The position numbers and the translations under genes were made by a program. A stretch of 64,000 nucleotides of DNA from Ylistrum balloti. Taxonomy: Eukaryota. A model generated the notes under the pieces. The model had not been told where the DNA came from, searched no databases, and saw nothing but the letters and a program-made list of their open reading frames with translations. This document shows positions 53,801 to 64,000 of the stretch, in pieces; positions within the stretch are counted from its first letter, which is position 1, and each line of letters begins with the position of its first letter. The stretch spans positions 124,001 to 188,000 of the forward strand of contig NW_026782687.1 in NCBI RefSeq assembly GCF_031769215.1, written 5' to 3'.

Positions 53801-54338
53801 TATTCCATTTACATTGCACTTATATTTGTAATATAATTAAAAAAAGATATGATTAAGTCTGCTCTCCACTCTCGTACTTAGTTTATAAGCTAGCACCAAA
53901 CTTACGACTCGATCCGTAAAACAATAAGAAAAACTGTATTTCGTATTTAGAATCATCAAGCTAAATAGAAATACAGGAAATTAGTTTGAGATTAATTTTG
54001 TCGATAAAAAGAGCCACCCAACGTAAACATTCATTGGCCTTCAGCCATTTACATAATTAAAACGCTTTATTAACCACCAAGAAGAAGATAAGCGACCCTG
54101 AAGTTAACAGACAAATATGGCGGAGATCGACTTCCTGTCTACCGGATGTATTGAATGTAAATGATCTACACTGCACAGTCTTCATACCGGGATACTTATA
54201 GGTGTATGAAAGAAATATGTTCATGCTGTTCATTGATAGTTACTGCAAATGTTAACTGAAGAGTAATATGTCATAAAGGTTATAAATTTGTTCATTTTTT
54301 TTCACGACGTAGGTGATAAACAAAGCATATTTCCATTT

Positions 54339-57300
54339 TTACATATAAACAATCGTTGCTGTCTGGTCGTCTCCGGTTTTTCCGACATTCTGTTCTTTCA
54401 ATGGTTCACCTAAAAAAAGTTCAAAACATCAGTGACACACAAAAGAATACAAATTGATTGGCATGTGTAAAGTAATCAAAGACATAATGAGTTGTACAGA
54501 TTGGCACCAATATTGTTTTATGTTAGATCGTTTTACATACAATACATGAAATTATCACGTGCGATACCGAAAGGTATTTAAAATTACGAATGCAATATAT
54601 AATGTATTTTTCAACAATGTCCTTTGTGTTTCTTTCTATTTCAGTATACCTTCCATGTAAACGTTTGATGATTCTTTGAAATGACACACCTTCGTATGAA
54701 CGACAGAAATATCCTTCGCTAAATCTATACCTAAAAGAGGACCATGTTGATTATCTGTGATAATATTAGCATGAAAATGATCAGAAAAACACACTATTAT
54801 GTTTAAATATTGTCTCTATGTTCAGGAAAATTTTATTCTTCGTACTAAATTGAGAATTTAAAATTATTTTTTATTTAATAACTATTAAAATTAAAATTTT
54901 AAGTTTTATTTTTATAAACTAAAATAGTTTCAGCGACGGGATGCCCCATTTTGAGTTATAAACAAAAATAGTTTTAGCTATGGGATGCCCCTTTAAGACA
55001 TAAATATATTAAGCTGTATATATAAACCACTGCTTACTAATCACGATTTCTTTTATCCGATTTTAGCGACTACCCGTCCACACATCCGTTCAATGTGTGT
55101 ATTCCGACAAAATCTGATATCAATAAATCAAGCCAATAGACGGGACATTTAAACGTTTCCGTACAAAAGACGCGTATTGGAAAGGTGAGATCACGGCGGA
55201 ACAACTGAAATGTTTTACCAATAATAAATGTCCATCGTCGAAATCTAATTAAGCATATCACGGAATTTTGTATGAGATTTCATGTGATCTTACACATCTC
55301 ACGAATTGTGAGGACTTCTTACAGGTCAAAGCTTAAAATCGTTTGACCGGTTTCAAGAAGGTCATATTTCTTACGTTCTGGCGTCGTATACTGACATCAA
55401 GTATTTATATTTACACTTTGCTCCAGTCATGGCCAGTGTTAAGGAACTTGCACAAACATTTTTTTTCAAATGTCAGAATATTCATTACCAGTAGGTTTAA
55501 ATGGAACAATTTGTTTCATGCTCCGTCGTAGCAACGAAGATAAAATCTAATTAACCTATCCCCTATATAACAAATCTACAACCTGTTGTTTATAAAACAC
55601 CTTTGGCGAATTAGCAATTCATCGTATCATACACACGTTTCTTACTCCTCATTTACAATTTAATTTGAAATTTGTCATCGAATAGTCAGTATTTATCTGC
55701 TGTTCTTTAGACTCAAACATATGTCTTTGCCATTCTCTACTTACATTTGTCTGTTTGAAATATTATAGATATAATTGAGTAGTATTATGAAATACTTGTA
55801 TTTGGCTTGCATTAAAACTAAGTCATTGTTGCGTAACAATATGGCCGTTTACTGCCACGCGTTAAATTAATGCATATATACACCTGTGGTATGTCAATAA
55901 ATTTACCTTTGTTTTCTGATTTTCTTCTGTGATGAGTTAATGCAGTTGTAGATTTTTTGAACATTTCAGAAAATGAATTCTGCCTCTTTTTAGATGGTAT
56001 CGATGTGGAAGACGGGGATGAAGATGACGGGCGGTCAAAAGACAGTGGTCTAGTTAGTATCACACGTCGGGGCTGGTCGTGAAAATCACTTTCAGATCCA
56101 TATTCTCGGCAGGGATTGGAGAGTCTGGTTCTTGTGACGTCTTCTGAGCACTGTCGCCGTACAGGACGATGTAGCTTTCCACCATCTGTAGGAGACATGG
56201 ACTGAGAATGGCCGATGCGGCGTAAGCCATTTCTGTTTCTTTTTGTGAGTATTTCATGTGGGTTGCAGTCATATTCTCGTGATACCTGTGCAACGATCTG
56301 ATCAACTAACGAATAATTGTCAAAACTATCACTGACTGTTTCGTCACCTTCCTCATTCTCACTGTTATAATTGATGCTGATTTGATGTAAAGCGTCTGTG
56401 TTTAGGTCGATTTCAGTGATTTCCTTTTCTGGTTTCGTTTCAGCCTCTAGGTTATTGTTTTCTTCCTTTGTCTCGATTAGGTTCGTTTCTGAAGAAACCG
56501 GTTCATGAGTGATGACAGTGATTTTCCTTTCATACATGACTTCATTACATACACTGTCATCTTTCTCACATTCTTCTGTCGACGAATCTCGTAAAGTCAC
56601 GTTGTACTCCGACACTCTCCGAGATGATGAATCCTCGTAGTCATTCTGTTGATCTGACATCCCTTGCTTCCGCTTGTTGTGACCATTTTCGCACTCAACC
56701 TTTCCATCAACTGTTACATAAGATGCTTCACGAATTAAAATATTTCTAAAACATGATACTCTAGATAATGCTATATCTCCTTTTTTCTGATTGGACACTC
56801 ATAATCTGTTCCACAGATTAACTAACTTATGATACGAGAGCATTTTTTCTTCTTCATTATGGTAGTATAATCCCCGGCATGTACATTGTATGCTGCCTCG
56901 TATTAATTTACCTTCTACCTGTTGATATATATGTTTTTTAGAATTAGTAAAAGAATACCTGATTTCCTATGTGTATTGAAGTACAAATTAAATATAGTAA
57001 TACTGACACTCTGACAAGATATAAACGTAATCGGAACAAAGCTTGTCAATTTTGTCACAAAAGCGATAATGTTTGACGAGGGGAAATTCGAAGTTAAGTA
57101 GCCGGTAGAAATCTTCTGCTGAATAAAATTCATTATTACATTTCTTTTGTTTGTCACACTTTTCAGATCTTCAATGGATATAATATTCAACCTTCGTAGC
57201 TCGAAGTTGTTTAACACATTTCTTTGTGAGAATGAAAAGAATGTAGTTCACGAAATGGAGGTTAGCGGGTGCACGACTATGGGTTTACATTTCACAAGAA

Positions 57301-60300
57301 GATTATCTAGTACGTATCAACTTGAATCGGAGACATCTTGGATGTTGAATTTTATTTCCACTCTATCTACACATAATGTAACATTCAATAAATTATTAAT
57401 TATAACCAAGTTTAAATCATAAATATGTGGATAAAACAAAATACTATTGATACAAAATTCCATTGAGAGAACTTTACCAAATATTAAGCATAACGTTTAA
57501 TAACAAGGACCATTCACTAGCTATTTAGATGGATCCTTTCAATAAAATTATGTATTTGAACAAATTCTTAATCAAAATTTGTGACAAAAACAAGTGTCAT
57601 CTTATGGCAGTTAACACTTATGGCAAGACACGTTTCAATACATTTACTATACATATAATAAAAGACATGCAGTTGCATTTCCTTCACTCTAAAGCATAAA
57701 CAATACAGTTGTATGGACTTTTGAATCATTTTTAACAAGTGCGAATTGTAACATACATTGACACATTTTCACAATATTTGTGCACATTTGTTAGTATTGT
57801 ACATCAGTATGTTCACTGTGTCCGTGGACTGGTGACTGATGTGCAAAGAATTAGTCCATAACCACAAAATGGCGGATATAACTTGTATCCCGGTGAGGAT
57901 GACGACACTTCACAACACAAGGGTTAGTCAACATATAGCTACAACCGTTTTCTCCCAGAACAACTCTTCAGATGTTCGCCCGACAATAGACACGTGAGTA
58001 CCATTGCTCACACGTGTTTTCTAAAGCAACAGACGATACGTCATGTCCACGGCAACATGCCAGGCAGGAAGGATTAGTCAACAACAAAAGCCAGCACCAT
58101 CAACAATATCCCGTATCCATGGGCGATCAAGCCGCCGTCTGTACTGGAGGTGGAGAGCACAAAGACTCACCGGAAGACAGAGATGAAAGAGAGACAACAT
58201 CTAAATTTTCCTCTGCAAGGCCAAGTTCAATGGTAAAATCTTCCTCAAAAATACCTGAAACATCAACATGGCTAAATTGAACAGACATTCAATTAAAGTA
58301 GCAGCTTCTACTATGGCCCAAGATATAGAAAGTCTCAGTGTTTTTCTGTTCTATATATGATTATTGACGGACAGGTATACAATATTCATTAAGATTTTTC
58401 AGATTGTTAATTTACAAATGAACACATATCAGTTCTTTACCTCAGGTCAAAATCTGTATTATTTACGTCATTTATTCTTTAACATGGGTTCTGGAGAAGC
58501 TCGAATAACCTAGTCACATTTGTTTTGCATTTTGTGTATATATACACATTTCGTATATATATTCAAAACTTTAGTTACCTACCATTTGTCCAATAGATAA
58601 TATGTAATGATTTTGAAGTTTTACTATGGATGAACCACAGTTGGTAAGTCATGTATATTGCCTTACCGAAGACTTGATTATTTATGAAATGTCGACACAT
58701 GCGCCAATTTATCATGTATTTCTTGAAAGACATGTCTAAATATACACTCAATTGTACATCCAAGAAAGATAGGGCTTTAAAGATCGTTTAAAGTTGCAAA
58801 CTTATCAGAGATATAATTCACACCTCTTTTGTAACACATAGAATGCTCTACTCGGATATAACAATCCTGCTTGACGTACCGTACTGGTATCTTATACCTT
58901 ATATAAAGCGGTGCGTCCCAGTTCATCAAATACTTGCTGACACAAAGAAATACATCTAGTGGTAGCTGACGCAAAATTCAAAACACAAAAGCGCTACCTT
59001 GGAACGGACTTTATAAAATTTGATAGACTGCTTAACAGGAGTATCTTGAAGTAATGTTATTGGGTACAGTCTTCTATAAATAAGATCACATTGGGTACAG
59101 CCTTCTGTTAATAAAAACACAATGGAAACAGCCTTCTATAAATAAGATCACACTGGGTACAGCTTCTGTTGATAGGAACAACTTGGGTATCGCCTTCTAT
59201 AAATAAGAACACATTGAGTACAACCTTCTGTTGATGAAAATACATAGGATACAGCATTCTGTTGATATAAATACATAGGATACAGCCTTCTATAAATCAG
59301 ATCAAGAGCGTGTTCATCATTTTAAAAAGCAGCATAATGGTATGTTTACTACAATAGTAGTCGAAAACAAATACAAGCCAACACAAGACTCGGGTATATA
59401 AATTAGGTATAGACTGTGCCATATAACTATCTACAGAAGTGATAGTTTTGTAGTATTGTTTTGCTGAATTCGCAAGTGCATTGATTTAAAACAACTTGCA
59501 CAATGATGTAATACAGAAAGAAGGCAAAATTATTCTACAGTATTCAAAGCCTGTAGAATATTTACCATGATCGTTTATGTTTTCAGGTTGAAAGAGGCTC
59601 AAAACACGGAGCTACATATGGTACGTGTACAACCTGAATATAGTTACTGCGATACCTTGTGCCAGTAAAACGTGTTTCAATCAAACTGAACAAATCTCCT
59701 ATTTTTTCATTAATGAGACTTTGGAAACCGAATATTGATCCGATTGATCTGATCTGGTTGATCTGATCTGTAAACTCACTATACATATGCTCTCGTCTTC
59801 CTAGTGACCTTCGCCGAATGGTAATGTTCGACTAGGCATTGTTTATATTATGATTCCTAGTGACATTTTGACGATTTAAATGCTGCGGAAAATAGCTTAA
59901 CTGACATGTTTACAACCAAAAAGCTACAAGTAAATAAGAGTTGTCTCCCTCTCGTACACAACTATCATTTTCGTAAATCTAAAATGTTATTACATGTAAT
60001 CTAAAATGTGTTTTTAATCTTTAGATAAGGTTTTATATAATTTTGCAAGTGTTACATGCCTTGAGTCACATAAAAAGGCTGACTAAGGTGAAATTTGAGA
60101 TTTTTAGATTTATGTATTTCTGTTTTAAGCTGGTGTATTATGGTGATGGCGCGTGTATAATCTATCATTTATACAACAGTTGTTTTAGCTGTGTTTACAA
60201 ATTGGTAGTTTCATCTTCATCTATTTGAATCCTTCTACGAGACAAATCATATAATTTTTTTTTTCAGTTCTTGAAACTTTAAATTGCACACCAATAGTGC

Positions 60301-62836
60301 AACACTACGGTTTGTTTATTCAACGATAAAACGTAATTTGAATGAGGCTCGTACAGATACACGTTTTTAATATGAATGTAATCATTTCAATAAGTTAAAG
60401 ACTGTATCTAATTCATGAGACATCTTTTAATATATCGTATACGTAACTGACTTTAAAAAATTGTATTATCTGTCACTCTAGCATTACATAAAATGTCTTG
60501 TATATAAATTCATATGAAATAGTACGTTACCACCTCTACAAATGTATTAAAGTGCATATTGCTACAGTTTGTTCAAGATAGAATCTAATTAAGCTGACAG
60601 TTTGTTTAAGATAAAACGTAACTAAGCTGACATGTCGTAAAAGATAAAACGTAACTAACCTGACATTTGGTATAAGATAAAACGTAACTAGTTGACATTT
60701 TGTATAAGATAAAACGTAACTAGCTGACATTTTGTATAAGATAAAACGTAACTAAGCTGACATTTGGTATAAGATAAAACGTAACTAGCTGACATTTTGT
60801 ATAAGATAAAACGTGACTAAGCTGACATTTTGTATAAGATAAAACGTAACAAAGCTGACATTTTGTATAAGATAAAACGTAACAAAGCTGACATTTTGTA
60901 TAAGATAAAACGTAACAAAGCTGACATTTTGTATAAGATAAAACGTAACTAGTTGACATTTTGTATAAGATAAAACGTAACTAGCTGACATTTTGTATAA
61001 GATAAAACGTAACAAATTTGACATTTTGTATAAGATAAAACGTGACTAAGCTGACATTTTGTATAAGGTAGTACTATAAAGTGTGTATCGTTTTTTTGTA
61101 GGTAAAAAATGTACACACAAAACACAAAAGTGAAAAGCACCATTTAATGCATCATATGAATTTTTACTGCACCAAACAGGTGTTTTCTTTCTTCAAGGAC
61201 TCGTCAGTGATGCTAAAGGCCGAAATTTTGAAATTTAAGAGGTGATTTAGGTGATTGAGTAAAAACAAAATACAGAAAAGAAATGTCAAATTTTGACGGG
61301 GAGTTATACTTACTCAAAAATTAAATAAATTTGTATTTTTCTTTTTCGATATCTGATATTTGTTTTACTGGTATTATGATATGAGAAATGTTAAATGCCA
61401 TTAGTGTCATACTTACTTCTTCGTTTTTCTTTATTGGTGTTCTCTACAGGCACTGGCATAGGTGTAACTAGATTCGATTTTTTCTTGTCCATTTTCTTTT
61501 TCTTCTTCTTCTCCTTTTGTTGCTCATTGTCACTCAAAGACTTACTGAGAGGTCGCCGAGATGTCTTGTTGTCGATGGAATTCACGACGCCAAAACCTGG
61601 TTCCACGGAGCTGACAGAACGCTCGAGAGTCCCACGTCCAGTGTCGGAGCTGATACTACTCACGTTGAGACCCGACGACATCGACACGGTTGACGTCATG
61701 CCGACATCACTCACTGTACTATTTTGTTTGGAAATCTTTTTCTTAGGTTTCTTTTTCTTGTCCTTTTTTACAGATATCACTTCAACTTCGATTGACTCGT
61801 CAAAATCATGTTCTGTTGATTTATTTGCTTTCCTTTTATCTTCAGATTTCTTCGATTTTTTATTCGCCTTTGATTTAGTGCCGGAATCTTTTGATCCGCC
61901 ATCAGATCTACTGACTTGTACGATGTCACTAGAACTCTCAACACCACTGTCGTCCTTCCCTGGCGTTGTTGATGTTTCTTTCCGCGGAGTTGATGGCGGT
62001 GTATCTGTTTCCTCGACTACATCCCCACAAGGGTTCGTATTTGTGTCTGTTTGACTATTTGTCAACGATTCTTTAACCTCTTTTAGTGCAGTACTAGACA
62101 CTTCATTATCCTGTAGATTTAGTACCATTTTATCCACACCTTCGTTAGCAGTGATACTACTGACATTGTCCGTCACGTGTAGTCCATTGGCTACTTCTAA
62201 TAACGTTTTAACAGCAGCAGGTCTTTGTTCGGTGTCTGATTGTAGAATATCTACAGAACAAAAAGGATGGCGTTACGTTTATGCTCACCTGACCGCGGTC
62301 TATGCATACATAATCTGACATAAAACACTGAAGTACAATAATGGAATGTAATACAGTTATTGATATACTTCCAACGACGCAAATTGCTGATCTTGTGATA
62401 ACGTTTTAAAGAGACTCTCTTTACCACCATTATCCAAATGGGAATCCATTAAACATCTTAACAGCGGGGAAAATTTTGATTGGTTTCTGTTGAAAATATC
62501 GTTTAGAAAATGAAACTCTTTTATCATACTTTTGAACAAGAATGCAAAATTTCTCACAGTCAAGATATTGTTTGTAACTTCTACTTATCATCAAATCAAG
62601 TACGTAATATGTAAAGGATGCAATTTAGACTAAAAACAATTCATACCTATCTTTCCTAAATTTTCATTGACACCATGGATACCGGAGAGTTCTGTTGATT
62701 CGTCATGTGATAATCTGTCTCCATGATGGCCGTTGCTAGAATATGAATCATGATTCCCTGTCTTCGTCGACGATCGCTTGGAGGGTTCTTGAATAATAGG
62801 TACGGAATTAATGACAGTAAACAAAATACGGCTCAT
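54339..62836 (-). CDS. Uncharacterised low-complexity, probably disordered Ser/Lys/Glu-rich protein, about 687 aa; the 5' end may lie outside the window
   Basis: Exons 62836 (ATG) or 62787 (acceptor) to 62647, then 62250-61417, 58254-58171, 56710-55907, 54730-54650 and 54409-54339 (TAA). All junctions are GT-AG and phase 1, and they join into one open frame. The two large exons correspond to track ORFs 61391..62176 and 55818..56798. The small exons rest on splice signals and phase agreement only. Confidence 0.7.
59061..59305. repeat. 31-bp minisatellite, about 8 copies
   Basis: Unit of the form TGGGTACAGCCTTCT(ATAAAT or GTTGAT)AAGATCACAT. Confidence 0.85.
60576..61068. repeat. 32-33-bp minisatellite, about 15 copies
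   Basis: Unit GATAAAACGTAACT(A)AGCTGACATTTTGTATAA. It accounts for the repetitive track ORFs between 60536 and 61143. Confidence 0.95.
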
Positions 62837-63289
62837 ATATTTCAGGTTTAGATCATTACGTCACAACAGTCACGGATTCGTTCGAAGTAGTTTTTATTAA
62901 TTTGGGATTCTGTGCCTGTCAATGGACATGTTCAAGTTGTGAAACAATTGGTGAAAGGACATTTGATTTACTTATCAAGATGATATCACACGTTAAATCT
63001 ATTGCTCTTCACGGTTCATGGGCTCAAATTGTGAACAGTTTTACTGATTAGAAAGCGGAGCAACCCAGAATTATATGAAACAGTTCATCAACATGAGCGA
63101 TGGTAGCACACAGCGGAGTGATGCTAATGCTTCAGTGGAGGAATGACATGCCGATAGTAATTGTGATGGTATTTTGAACCTTGTTTAAACATATTGACTC
63201 ATACTAATCGTGTAACTCAATTCAATATTCAAGAACTTGTTCAAAATATCAAGATGTCCATACAAGAGGTGTTCAACTGATAGCCGAGC

Positions 63290-63540
63290 TCATAACTTAG
63301 GGTTTCAAGAGATGCAGGATGGTGAAAATTTTCGGGAAGTTTTGCGGTCGTCATAGTGCGATTTGAAGCTGGACATGTTTGATGCTCGTTAGTTTACCTG
63401 TTAGCTATTGTACACACTGTTTTAATTTTTCCAAGAGTCATTATGTCAGTCTTTCTTTCGTTCATATTTTGTCCTAATTCAATTGAATTTGAGTTTGGAT
63501 TATGATTATATTTATATGTTGGTATATGCTTTCAAATATG
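63290..63540 (+). mobile_element. 3' fragment of the Penelope-like family
   Basis: Contains AGGGTTTCAAGAGATGCAGG...GAAGTTTTGCGGTCGTCAT, TGAAGCTGGACATGTTTGATGCTCGTTAG and GAGTTTGGATTATGATTAT, as in the 6180, 10490 and 46140 copies. Confidence 0.7.
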
Positions 63541-64000
63541 GAAGACTGAAGAGGGACAGAATCTTCAATATTGTCCATGAACGGATCTATTCTACAACCA
63601 TATACACTATTTCCCTCTAAGGGCCGTTAGAATCTAGGTTGTGATAATTTCTGGTCTATGTCTGATCCTGCTATCGATGACTTGAATAAACAAATCCGTC
63701 ATTTTATCGGATATTTGTATATTTATGTTTAATGACTCGAAACTGTGATAAACACAGGGTGATCAACACCACAGCTGAAACATTATAAGATTTGTTAGCT
63801 TAACAGAATAGACAAATAATACTTTAAAAAGATAATATCCCTTTCAAAAATAATTTTTACTTAATTTGCAGTTATATCCGCTTGTAATTACTTAATTTAC
63901 ATTCCTAATCATAGGACAGTTTTGATAGAGTTGACAGATTTTCGGCAATGTTTAATTGGAAACTTCACATTCAGTTGTCTTTGGGATAGTAAAGCTTGCA

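Noticed and set aside
55067-55184. Plus-strand exon-like segment with good acceptor and donor (also 59587-59620)
   Set aside because: The first has stops in all three frames. The second is 34 nt with no partner exons. Neither supports an antisense gene without RNA data.
60536-61143. Repetitive ORFs (YVLSYTKCQL, VTFYLIQNVS)
   Set aside because: They are translations of the 33-bp minisatellite, with no splice or compositional support.
61395-62054. 219-aa plus-strand ORF
   Set aside because: It is the antisense shadow of the Lys/Ser-rich minus-strand exon; its Phe/Leu richness is the complement of AAA/AAG codons. The same reasoning applies to 58014..58280 and 11177..11395.

Overview
AT-rich (about one-third GC by eye), intron-containing eukaryotic DNA. 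It is probably an invertebrate, and a bivalve mollusc is my guess from the repeat content. No prokaryotic systems are present. Positions ~877-50812 hold a head-to-tail, minus-strand array of six short-chain dehydrogenase/reductase (SDR) paralogues of the retinol-dehydrogenase/WWOX/DHRS-like type. They share one 8-exon plan (about 76/86/208/35/201/151/127/103+ nt). I rebuilt the exons by hand from splice sites and phases. Copies B, D and F are complete and intact. Copy A is intact as far as visible but runs off the left edge. Copies C and E are pseudogenes flanking D. All six begin with MGxxxS, the N-myristoylation consensus (C only after correcting a 1-nt deletion), and none has an N-terminal transmembrane anchor. 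The divergent copy F also carries a CFRCCLKCLC cysteine cluster. Positions ~54339-62836 hold a second minus-strand gene with only phase-1 introns, encoding about 690 aa of low-complexity Ser/Lys/Glu-rich protein with no domain I recognise. It has a possible alternative tail-anchor last exon. The remainder is intron and intergenic DNA with Tc1/mariner remnants, several Penelope-like RT fragments, tRNA-derived SINE heads and four minisatellites.
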